From positions 45,198,001 through 45,262,000 of the forward strand of contig OX597824.1 in the NCBI GenBank assembly GCA_951406725.2: a stretch of DNA of 64,000 nucleotides, in the 5' to 3' direction. Of this stretch, positions 34,150-47,883 are shown one piece after another (positions within the stretch are counted from its first letter, which is position 1; every line of letters begins with the position of its first letter). Below the pieces are notes generated by a model. The model made no database searches and had not been told where the DNA came from. It saw only the letters and a list, made by a program, of their open reading frames with translations. Origin of the DNA: Octopus vulgaris (lineage: Eukaryota). Both the position numbers and the translations under genes were made by a program.

Positions 34150-36775
34150 AATACCCATCGTTGATTGGGTAATTACTTTTACTGCTTCTTGGGAGCCACA
34201 TTCAAAGTATTATTATATTGAAATATTTCATCCACCAAATCATCGACGGGATCAGTTGAATTACATATTGGAATAAGTGTAAGAAACTGTTCTTCATCAA
34301 TTAGAACTCTCCCTTCATCAAGGTTCAAAAGCTGCTCTGCAAATAGTTCAGCTGATTGATCTCTTGAAAGCCTGATCTCATAACAATTGAGGTAAAGATC
34401 AACTTCATACAGGAACTTCTGTTTGTTTATTATATGACAGTAATAAGTGAGTTGTTTGTGTTATAGTTATGAATACTGTAATGACAATTGTGTAATACAC
34501 TTCATTTAAATAGGTAATTTATTCCTTCTTGAATGTTATAATAGTAATGGCAAATTAAGTTATTGAAGTATTCATGTTGCATTAAGAGTGAGTAGTTCTT
34601 TATAAACAATGTTTTTTGTTATATTTCAGGGTGCATAAGCCTAAAGATTTGCTTTTGCTCTCACACATGATGCTCCAACATAAAGTTGACCATGTGAAAA
34701 GCATGGTTCTTCAAGTTGCAAACCAGCAACTTTTAGTGTTTGGCCCTGACTTTTATTAATGCACATAGCAAAAGAAAGTGGAATAGGAAACCAACCACTT
34801 AAATTGGAATGGGATATTGGATGGTATAACTGGTATGCGAGTAATGAAAATGGTCTCACCTTTACCACAACCAGTGAGAATATTTGCCTCAATGCAGTTC
34901 GTCATAAGTTTGTGCACATAATCTTGCACCACTGCATAATTTTGGATGAGACAAATTACGCAATAGCATAAAAGAAGTCCCTTTTTTCAGCTGTAGACAA
35001 TGAGGAGCTGTACCTGGTGGTTGTAGTAAGTTAAAAAATTCGACTGTGTAGTTAACAATATCCTCATCATCAACAAGACTGTCGATTGAGTAATAAGTAA
35101 ATATTTCTCCTGGAAGTTTATTCAATAACATATTATTAATGTTATGCACAGCAACATTTTTTGGAGCCAGGATAGCTCGCTCATAGATCCAATCTGTATT
35201 GTTGCATTTATGAAGAGGATTAGGAAAGATTTCATCATCGATGGAATCATACTGTTCTATATTTAAGAGATGAGGAATTATGTACATTATTTACATTTGA
35301 CAGATATTTGTCTTCATCTTTTTGTGTCTTATAATTTAACACATCTTGTTTGTTGTTAACACAATGTTCCAGCTGATATACCCTCTAGCCTTCATCAGGT
35401 GTCTTGGGGAAATTTCAAACCTGGGTTCTCATTCCAAAGGTATTTTTCGATGTTATAATCATCATCATCATCATCATTATTATCTTTATTCAGATCAATG
35501 CCTGGAATCGAACTCGGAATCTTGGGGTTAGTAGCCCACGCTCTTAAACACTACATATTGAATTACATATTGGATTGAGTGTAAAAAACTGTTCTTCATC
35601 AATTGGAACTCTCCCTTCACAAAGTTTCAAAAGTTGTTCAGCTGATTGATCTCTTGAAAGCCTCGATCTCATATTTGCTGAAAGTTGAAGTGTTTTCACA
35701 TGATGCCATAATACAAGAAGACTTTATTGAAGCATTGAGCTCATCCACATTTTTTCCTCTTGAACAACTGGTAGTGTTTGTCTGAAGTCTCCTGACAATA
35801 ATACTGTGACATCTTTCATTATGGAATTGCAATTTCTAATGTCTTGTAATGTTCTGTCCACTGCTTCAAAAGCTTTTTTGTGGGCCATGGTACATTCATC
35901 TCAGACTGTTAAGTGACATCTTAGTATTAGTTTACCCATTACAGAATTTTTAGATATATTACAAACTGAATCTTCTTTGTTAGATAAATCTAAAGGCAAC
36001 TTGAATGTTGAATGGGCAGTTCAACCTCTTGGTAGTAATGTTGCTGCAATCCCAGAAGTAGCAGTAGCTAAAGCTATTTTATTTTCTTGATAAACTTTAG
36101 CTGGAAGGAGTTTAATTACAAATGTTTTCCTAGTACCTCCTGGAGCAACTAAGAAATAAAGTCCCCCTATGTTATTGTTAATGCTTTCTATGACAGTGGA
36201 ATATGCATGACATTGATCTGGTAGAAGCTTGGGAAGATTATCATTTATGTACATGGTCAGTTCCTGATCTTCTAGTTCAATCAAAGCCACATTATATATA
36301 GCTCCTACATAAAGTTGGCCATGTGAAAAGCATGATTCTTCAAGTTGCAATACCACAACATTTAGTGTTTGGACCTGATTTTTATTAATGCTCATGGCAA
36401 AAGAAAGTGGGATAGGAAACTATAACAGCTTAAATTGGAATGGGACATTAGGTGGTGTAACCAGAATGCAAGGAATGAAGATGGTGTCACTTTCACCACA
36501 ACCAGTGAGAATATTTGCCGCAATGCAGTTCGTCATAAGTTTGAGCACAATTAGTGTTGTACCAATGCATAATTTTAGTTGAGACAAATTAGGCAATAGC
36601 ATAATAGTTTCCCCTGAACCAGATACTTTCATTTTGTCAGAGAAAGAAAGAGACGAAATTTTGATTTTATATGTATAGAAAATGCATAATAGCTTCCTTT
36701 GAACCATTTATTTTCATTTTGCTGGACAAACACACAAACAAATGAACAAACAGGCAAAATCTCTTTGATATATAT
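34150..36775 (-). mobile_element. Rearranged Helitron remnant (Pif1-like helicase)
   Basis: FLVAPGGTRKTF..IALATATSGIAATLLPRG, ERAILAPKN, and two copies of FAM(C/S)INK(S/N)Q(G/V)[19 protein letters not shown]; Helitron-like 5' start tatatcaaagagattttgcctgtttg at ~36770. Confidence 0.88.
35283..35556 (-). mobile_element. tRNA-headed SINE (family C) with hammerhead-like motif, inserted in the Helitron
   Basis: Minus gtagtgtttaagagcgtgggctactaaccccaagattccgagttcgattccaggc (A box, B box GTTCGATTCC), (gat)n linker, then CTGATGA-aggctag..cagct-ggaac. Confidence 0.7.
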
Positions 36776-36886
36776 ATATATATGATTGTGTGGGTGTATG
36801 TATGTGTGCATATGTTTTTTATGATCTATATGAGTACAACTGTAATGTATAGTATGTAGTAGTTAAGGAAATCTGTTTCAAATATA

Positions 36887-37270
36887 GGAGTGGCTGTGTG
36901 GTAAGTAGCTTGCCTACCAACCACATGGTTCCGGGTTCAGTCCCACTACGTGGCATCTTAGGCATATGTCTTCTGCTATAGCCTCGGGCTGACCAATGCC
37001 TAGTGAGTGGATTTGGTAGACGGAAACTGAAAGAAGCCTGTCGTATATATGTATGTGTGTGTATATGTTTGTGTGTCTGTGTTTGTCCCTCTAGCACTGC
37101 TTGACAACCAATGCTGGTGTGTTTACGTCCCCGTCACTTAGCGGTTCGGCAAAAGAGACCGATAGAATAAGTACTGGGCTTACAAAGAATAAATCCTGGG
37201 GTCGATTTGCTCGACTAAAGGCGGTGCTCCAGCATGGCCACAGTCAAATGACTGAAACAAGTAAAAGAGT
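36887..37270 (+). mobile_element. tRNA-derived CORE-like SINE (family D)
   Basis: ggagtggctgtgtggtaag...ggttcagtccc...internal (TA/TG)n...gactgaaacaagtaaaagag; 5 copies in the window. Confidence 0.9.
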
Positions 37271-37600
37271 AGAAGAGAGAAAAAGAGAGAGAGTATAATG
37301 TGGTATCCTAGTGAATTTGAAAAGTTGAATGAAATATCTTTCATCTTAAGTCTATGAGGATTGACTTGAGACTAAACAGCCACAACAATACAATTAGCAA
37401 GAACAATATAGCCTTTGCAACACCAACAATACCTGCCCACTGTCACTAACATCTAAACCAATGCAAATCACATCATCCCCACCCCATTATCAACCCACCA
37501 ACTTGTGCATGAATGTGGGTGCTTGTGAATATGAGTGTTTGCATGTGTGTATTTATGTCTTAAGTCAGAAGTGTGACAGGCAAATTGTGTATAAAACCTG

Positions 37601-38460
37601 GTGTACCTTCTTTTAGATAATGCATTGAGCCACCCAGTAAACCTAGGTGACCTTTCTGATAATGTGATAGTAGAATATATTTCCCAAAATACAACTTCCT
37701 TGATCCAGTCAATGGATCAAGTTATAACAGCTAACTTCAAGGCATATATGAGAACTTTTGAACAACTTATGAAAGCAATCAGCGAGGAGGATAAACCTAC
37801 AGTTAGAGATTTTTGGAAGAAATTCAACAATATTGATGCTGTGGATAATATAGCTGAGTCATGGGATGAAGTGAAACCTTCAACATTGAATAGAGCTTGG
37901 AAAAGTAAATGGTCAGATTATATCCATGGCATTACAAGTTTTCTTCAAGCAGACAGTCTACATCAAATATGGAAAAATATTGTGATACTTGCAAAGGTTG
38001 TAAGATTTGAAGAAGTCATAGAGAAGGATGTGACTGAGTTGCTAGTATCCCAGACAGGAAGTTTATCTAACCAGGAACTGATACTGGGAAAATAACAAGC
38101 TGAAAATACAAATAAGACAATGGAAGTTCTATTTACACCACTTCAATTGGTTATAAAAATTATAACTAAAGTTTATCTAAAGTTTATCACTGAAGTTTAT
38201 CTAACCAGGAACTGATACTGGGAAAATAACAAGCTGAAAATACAAATAAGACAATGGAAGTTCTATTTACACCATTTCAATTGGTTATAAAAATTATCAC
38301 TAAAGGGTTGGCTCTTATAGAAGAAGGTCTGCAAGTTTTTGCAATGATCCTAATTATGAATGTAACATAAAAATTACAAGAGGAGTTTACAATGAGCTCA
38401 GTTTCTATACTGAGCTGTACAAAGAAATGGTGTGTCACCAACAACAAAGAAGTTAGGGTA
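37601..38460 (+). mobile_element. pogo/Tigger DDE transposase remnant
   Basis: LLLDNALSHP...NTTSLIQSMDQVITANFKAY...DFWKKFN..DAVDNIAESWDEVKPSTLNRAWK. Confidence 0.85.
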
Positions 38461-39353
38461 AATTCACTCCTCAAGCTGATGTTCAGAATAATGAACTATA
38501 AGATAGTAAATATTGCCCTTCATCCTCCTAGCAATGCTAAATTGCAGTAAATTTTTAAAATGCACCTGCATGTGGTTCACTAAGGCAAAAACACCTCAGA
38601 TTTTTCATGTGGAATGAAGTAATCTGACTTCTAATATGCCACAAGCCCCTTATTTTTGTTCAGAAAATAGTGGGGTGGGAGTACTCAGAAATCCCTCTCC
38701 CCTTCCCAGAATCAGTGAAAAAGGCATTTTGTTTTTGTTGAATGAATTACAGTGACCTCCTAATATGCCACAAAATATTTTTTTGTCTGGAAAATGGGGG
38801 TGGGGTGGAATTCTTTTAAATTTCAACTCCCTCAAAATTCAATGGGAATTTTTTTTTCACAGTTTTTCATGTGCAATGAACTAAGCTGACCAAATATGCT
38901 ACAAGCGGGGTGGTCAATGAATCTTATATATAGTAAGGTTTTAATAGTTCTGTGACAACATAGTGTCTCGATACATTCTAATGAAAAAGTGAAAGAAAGA
39001 TGATGCCATTCTCTCTTTGGAAGGGAAATTAACTTTTAAGAATTTTCACAATTTTTTTTCTTGATTCTGTCTTCTGCATAATGGAATTAATATGATTATC
39101 CAATAAAAAAAGAAAAATGTTTATATTCCCCCTACTCCCTTAATTCCCAAACTTTCCACTGTTTTTTGATTTTTAAAAAATTCTTAGATTTCACAATGGA
39201 ATTAATATGATTATCCATTAATAAAAATGTTGTTTTTAAATATTTCACCCCACACCCCTAATTCAAAATCTTTCCACTACCGAGTCTTATGTGTTTGTGT
39301 ACAAGAAAACATTTAGTAACAAAAAATTATGTTACCGATGCAACTTACATTTT

Positions 39354-40082
39354 AGGCGTAGGAGTGGCTGTGTGGTAAGTAGGTTGCTTACCAACCACAT
39401 GGTTCCGGGTTCAGTCCCACTGCGTGGCACCTTGGGCAAGTGTCTTCTACTATAGCCTCGGGCCAACCAAAGCCTTGTGAGTGGATTTGATAGACCTAAA
39501 CTGAAAGAAGCTTGTCGTATATATGTGGCCAGCTCTGTCTGGCCCCGTGTCGGTGGCATGTAAAAGCACCATCCGTTCGTGTCCGATGCCAGCATCGCCT
39601 GGCCCCGTGCCGGTGACACGTAAAAGCACCATCTGTTCATGGCCGTTCGCCAGCTCTGTCTGGCACCTGTGCAGGTGGCACGTAAAAAACACCCACTGCA
39701 CTTGCGGAGTGGTTGGCGTTAGGAAGGGCATCCAGCCGTAGAAACACTGCCAGATCTGACTGGGCCTGACGAAGCCTTCCAGCTTCACAGACCCCAGTTG
39801 ACCCGTCCAACCCATGCTAGCATGGAAAGCGGACGGTAAATGATGATGATGATGATGTGTGTGTATATGTTTGTGTGTCTGTGTTTGTCCCCCCAACATT
39901 ATTTGACACTGATGCTGGTGCATTTACATCCCCATAACTTAGCAGTTCGGCAAAAAAGACCGATAGAATAAGTACTAGGCTTACAAAGAATGAGTCCTAG
40001 GGTTGATTTGCTCGACGAAAGGTGGTGCTCCAGCATGGTCACAGTCACATGACTGAAACAAATAAAAGAGTAAAGAGTAAAA
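39354..40082 (+). mobile_element. Family D SINE with nested RTE 3' UTR insertion (39525-39856)
   Basis: SINE halves are collinear with 36887-37270; the insert sits in the internal TA microsatellite and ends in (GAT)n. Confidence 0.88.
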
Positions 40083-40645
40083 AAAGAGTTATTAAAGTAA
40101 ATTATCTCTAAAATACCTTTAAATTATTATCACTCCCAGTGTTGCTGGTTTTTGATGAGAAACAAGTTGTATATAACCCGTCATTTTTGTTTTTGATGAG
40201 ACCCTTCTTTGCTGGGAAAATTGGAAGAATGACATAATACGCACTCACTCCTTATTTCCAACAAAACAGATCCTTGTTTTTTAGAAATGAGAGTGATCCC
40301 TAGCGAGAAGGTCACAGTCAAATTGAAATTTGGATTGTACACTTCATGGGCAAGTTTTTGAGTTTTAGGTATTTTTATCTTCAATAATTTAAACGTATGT
40401 TACAGATAGTTTATTTTCATACCATAATTCTCCGTTAGCAAATGTTTTTCTTGCAACAATTTAAAGGTATGTTAGAAATAATTTATTTTAATAACATAAT
40501 TTTCTGTTAGTAAATGATTTTCTCTTACACAAACACACAACAATTTTGATTTTGAAGTATTTAAAAATTATGGAGATGTACTTGCACAGCAAGTAACCTG
40601 ACCGTCACTTACTATGCAAGTGATCGTGTGCTGAAACAAAAACAA

Positions 40646-40853
40646 TTGCAGCATGGAAGGTGTTTATAAGCCATTTAAGAAACACACAAAAACCATTGGA
40701 TTCACTTCAACATTTAAATTTAATTTGCCAAAATATTTTCGTCACGGTCTCAAAGCGATGAAAATATTTTGGCAAATTAAATTTAAATGTTGAAGTGAAT
40801 CTAAGAGTTTTTGTGTGTTTTTAAATGGCTTATAAACACCTCCCATGCTGCAA
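40646..40853. repeat. Near-perfect palindrome (MITE derivative)
   Basis: Arms ~95 bp (ttgcagcatggaaggtgtttataagccatttaa... / ...ttaaatggcttataaacacctcccatgctgcaa) around a ~19-nt centre. Confidence 0.9.
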
Positions 40854-41004
40854 GTATCTAAAAAATTATTTGGAAATTATAAAGAGAAACGAATGGCAGA
40901 ATCGGACTGTCTGTATTTTAAGTCAAAAAGTCAAAAAGCAGTGGAAAGTTTTAGAATTAGTGGGGTAGGGGTGGAATATTTTAAAAAAGATTATTGGCTA
41001 ATTT

Positions 41005-41795
41005 GCGCCCCTCGCTCCACGTATTTTTCCTCAAAATTTTTTCGGTTTTCTATGTTTTAGATATAAGAGATTAGGATTTTGCCCCAAAAACACATTTTCA
41101 AAATTTTGCTTTCCCTCTCCTCATCCCAAGTTTTACATTTTTAACTTTGTTTGAAATTTTTTTTTCTGTAATCCGTGTACAAAAAATACAGAGATTGCGA
41201 ATCTTGAAGAATTTTTTAAAAAGTTTTTCTTAAAGAAACACTCAAATCCCCTTCCCCAACCTCCATCACCCATCAACTCCCCACTTACAAAAAGCTAAAA
41301 ACTCCGAATGTTTCAATTTTAGCTCTTTAGAAAGTGGGTAAGTTTTTCCAGAAGTAATGTTATTTACCTGTTGTTTCTAGCATGCCGGGTTTTCTGGTGG
41401 TGATCTGATATTTTTGACGTCTGCTATTTCAGTAGAATTCTACGCATGCGTGAAACATCAGACGAAAGTGAAACATTCTGAGTTTTTAGTTTTTTGAAAG
41501 CGGGGAGGTGATAGATGGGTGAGGTAGAGGAAAGGACATTGAGTGTTTCCTAAAGAATGATTAAAATTTTAAAAAAATTCCCAGATTCGTAATCTCAATT
41601 TTTCTACGGGTATTTGAAAAAAAAAAAAAACGAAAAGTTAAAAATTAATTTGGGTGGAGGTAGGGGAAGGAGAAATTAAAATTTTGAAAACGTGATTTTT
41701 GGGAAAAATCGTATTCTCCTATATCGAAAACAGAGATCCGAAAAAAAATTTGAAGAAGAAAAAACAAAAACACAGGAAATGGGGGGGGGGGGGTG
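41005..41795. repeat. Long imperfect inverted repeat (foldback-like element)
   Basis: Left arm ~41005-41315 is reverse-complementary to ~41470-41795 (e.g. ctaaaaactccgaatgtttca / tgaaacattctgagtttttag); a related segment lies at ~59620-59870. Confidence 0.7.
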
Positions 41796-42857
41796 TACAC
41801 GTCCTTTACCTTCGCGTATAATTAGTATATATACACATAAATATATATGTAAATATATATATATATAAATATACACACACACACACATACATATATATAT
41901 GTATGTATGTATTTGTGTGTGTGTGTATATATATATATATATAAATATATATATATATATGTATATACATACATACATGTGTCTGTGTGAGCGTGCGTCG
42001 TGCGTGGAAGTAATACGAATGTAAACGCAAACTGAAGTGAATGAAAAAGTAAAATCTGCAAGAAAAAAGAACCAAAAAAACTGAAAAAATCAAAATCTAG
42101 AAAAGCCCAGAAACAAGGGCAGACAACTAAATTCCACATATTGAGAGAACTGATGGAGGCGATCGTTTTCGAAAAGGTAAATATTCTTCTGGTATTTTAA
42201 CCCATCTTTTAAGACGCCCTTCCTTACAGAGGAACAGCAAAAGCAGTTTATATCTAGATTATATTTCTATAACAATGAATTCAAGATATTATTATAAAAT
42301 TCCTATTTAGAATGATTAGTTTATTTTTTTAAAAATTGTGTCTAGTCTTATTTCACTCCGGTATATGTCCCTCTGCAGAGAGATAAAATAAAAAAAAAAA
42401 AACGTAAGAGGTGGGTGTAAAGAACTAAATCATTCTAGAAGAATGATCACCATAATAATAAGTTCAGATAAACATTCATCAGAAAAGCAAAGAAAATTAA
42501 TTAAATAAATTTGAAGTTAGTTCATAAAACATATTTATTAATGTGTCGTAACTGTAAGTCTTAAAACGACGCTAAACTTTGTTTACTGTAAAGCTCGAAG
42601 CGCTCTTCTAAATAAATAAAGAATGGTTTTCTCTCACTCTCTCTGCATGTGACAATGTCTGTGATAATTTAGAAAGCTCATTTGTTGGAAGGGACGTCCA
42701 GAACAACCCATTAAGGTTATATTATTGATATTTTCATCGAATAGAAAATAGCACACCTCATTAATTGTTATCCACCAATAGCGGTGCAATTATAGATATG
42801 TGGGAATTCCTATGTCTGGGTAACGTACTCATAAATGCATATATATATATATATATA

Positions 42858-42897
<40 letters not shown>

Positions 42898-43233
42898 CAC
42901 ATGTGTTTCTATATATATATATATATATGAATATATATGGTGTTTGCTGTGAGCTACTATGTAGTTCTATTTTTTATGTGCATATTTTTGTAACTCAGGT
43001 GCATTGGGTGGTAAAAGAGGACAACACATTCCAGGGCTTAGTGAGAGATGAAAGGACACAAATATACATGACTTCACTCTCTGACCACAACAAACACGTA
43101 TTTACACAAGCCAAACATGCATATTAGTTAGTGTAAGGGTATAATAGAAAATACTTGCCGTGTAGATGGTTCGAACCTGGAATCACATCATTGCAGTTCT
43201 ATCTATCTATCTAGCTACCTGTCTGTCTGTCTT

Positions 43234-43600
43234 AGGCGCAGGAGTAGCTGTGTGGTTAGTAGCTTGCTTACTAACTACATAGTCCTGGGTTCAGTCCCAC
43301 TGTGTGGCACCTTGGGTGTCTTCTACAATAGCCTCAGGCTGACCAAAGCCTTGTTAGTGGTTTTGGTAGACAGAAACTGGAGGAAGACCGTTGTATATAT
43401 GTATATGTTTTTGGGTCTGTGTTTGTTCCCCTACCATCGCTTGACAAGCGATGTTGGTGTGTTTACATACCCGTAACATAGCGGTTCGGCAAAAGAGATC
43501 AATTGAATAAGTACTAGGCTTACAAAGAATAAATCCTAGGGTCGATTTGTTTGAGTAAAGGTGGTGCTCCAGCATTACCGCAATCAAATGACTGAAACAA
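43234..43600 (+). mobile_element. Family D SINE
   Basis: Collinear with 36887-37270. Confidence 0.88.
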
Positions 43601-43803
43601 ATATCAGAAAAGAAAAAAGAATATATATATGTATACTTATTTATCTGTCTACATATATAGCTGTGTATACACATATAGCTATGTATTCATATATATATAT
43701 ATATATATATATGATGATGATAATGATATATATATAGATATGTATATATATATATATACATATATAGATATGTATATATATATATAGATATATATATATA
43801 TAG

Positions 43804-43842
<39 letters not shown>

Positions 43843-43880
43843 TTGCTAGCATGGAGAACGGACATTAAACGATGATGATG

Positions 43881-43922
<42 letters not shown>

Positions 43923-43926
43923 TATA

Positions 43927-45214
43927 TCATCATCATCATCATCATCATCGTTTAACGTCCGCTTTCCATGCTAGCATGGGTTGGACGGTTCAACTGGGGT
44001 CTGGCAAGCCCGAAGGCTGCACCAGGCCAGTCAGATCTGGCAGTGTTTCTACAGCTGGATGCCCTTCCTAACGCCAACCACTCCGAGAGTGTAGTGGGTG
44101 ATTTTATGTGCCAGACGAGGCTGGCAGACGGCCACGCTCGGATGGTGTTTTTTATGTGCCACCGACACAGGTGCCAGACGAGGCTGGCTGACGGCCACGC
44201 TCGGATGGTGTTTTCTTATGTGTCACCGACACAGGTGCCAGACGGGGCTGGCGGACGGCCACGCTCGGATGGTGTTTGTTACGTGCCCTCAGCACGGAGG
44301 CCAGTCGTTGCGGTACTGGCTACGATCACGTTCGGATGGTTTTCTTATGTGCCACCGGCACTGGTACCACCGGCACTGGTACCACAAGGATACAAATTCC
44401 ATTGATGTTCATCTATTTTGATTTGGTTCGATTTGATTTGATTTGATTCGATTCGATTCTCACTTGCCTCAACAGGTCTTCACAAGTGTCACAAGAAGGA
44501 AGGTATGCACAGGTGGACTGACTACGTCCCAGGTAGGGGCCACGGATTATGGCTTCACTAGTCTTGCCGGGTCTTCTCACGCACAGCATACTTCCATAGG
44601 TCTCGGTCTCTAGTCATTTCCATGGTGAGACCTAACGTCCGAAGGTCGTGCTTCACCACTTCGTCCCAGGTTTTCCTGGGTCTACCTCTTCCACGGGTTC
44701 CCTCAACTGCTAGGGATTGGCACTTTCTCACACACCTATCTTCATCCATTCTCGCCACATGACCATACCAGCGCAATCGTCTCTCTTGCACACAACAACT
44801 GATGCTTCTTAGGTACAACATTTCTCTCAAGGTACTAACGCTCTGTCGAGTAAGTACACTGACATTACACATCCATCGGAGCATACTGGCTTCGTTCCTC
44901 ACAAGCTTACGCATGTCCTCAGCAGTCACGGCCCATGTTTCACTGCCATGTAGCATAGCTGTTCGTACACATGCATCATACAGTCTGCCTTTTACTCTGA
45001 GCGAGAGGCCTTTAGTCACCAGCAGAGGTAAGAGCTCCCTAAACTTTGCCCAGGCTATTCTTATTCTAGCAGTTACACTTTCAGCGCACCCGCCCCCACT
45101 ACTGACTTGGTCACCTAGATAGCAGAAGCTATCAACTACTTCTAGTTTTTCCCCCCCGGAAAGTGACAGAAGTTGTTTTCTGCAGATTTTCGGAGGTCAA
45201 TGCTCCAGAGCATC

Positions 45215-45218
<4 letters not shown>
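43927..45218 (-). mobile_element. 5'-truncated RTE LINE (ORF 3' end, 3' UTR, (GAT)n tail)
   Basis: ORF 44558-45019 KGRLYDACVRTAMLHGSETW...RRLRWYGHVARM...GRGRPRKTW; embedded in (TA)n. Confidence 0.92.
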
Positions 45219-45281
<63 letters not shown>

Positions 45282-45284
<3 letters not shown>

Positions 45285-45517
45285 CGGGAAGCTTTATGAA
45301 AATAGACAAAAGACGAAGGCAGGTTTACGGAAATAAACAAAAGACGAAGGCAGGTGGCATACAAACAAACAATTGTATTTGTATGGCGCTCAGGAAATAT
45401 AAATAAAACAAGTCTTTAATGTTTCGAGCCTACGCTCTTCAACAGAAAGATACACAGAGAAGAAACACAGAAAGAAGGAGAGAAAAAAAATGCGTGCAGA
45501 GGCTAGCGAATCAACAG

Positions 45518-45520
<3 letters not shown>
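45282..45520 (-). mobile_element. Penelope-type pLTR-like repeat with degenerate hammerhead motif
   Basis: Minus tcttt-CTGTTGA-a-gagc gtag gctc-GAAAC-attaaagac; partial second copy at 47050-47117. Confidence 0.5.
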
Positions 45521-47560
<2,040 letters not shown>

Positions 47561-47574
47561 TATATGTTATTCAT

Positions 47575-47849
47575 ATGCTATTCATGGAGCAGATCATACT
47601 CTCTCCAACCAGGCGCAAAAATATCCTGGACCTCTGTTTTACAAATAATGTGGAAATTATCCACAACTCTCCTTACTCTTTTACTTGTTTCAGTCATTTG
47701 ACTGTGGCCATGCTGGAGCACCACCTTTAGTTAAGCAAATCGACCCCAGGACTTATTCTTTGTAAGCCTAGTACTTACTCTATTAGTCTCTTTTGGTGAA
47801 TCGCTTGTCAAGCTATGCCGGAGGGGAGAATCACAGACACAAACATATG

Positions 47850-47883
<34 letters not shown>

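Noticed and set aside
29986-36960. tRNA genes
   Set aside because: The tRNA-like sequences are SINE heads continuing into SINE bodies; no complete cloverleaf with acceptor stem and terminator.
44105-44385. Repeat array superficially like CRISPR
   Set aside because: Units are tandem without unique spacers, lie in a LINE 3' UTR, and there are no cas genes in this eukaryotic DNA.
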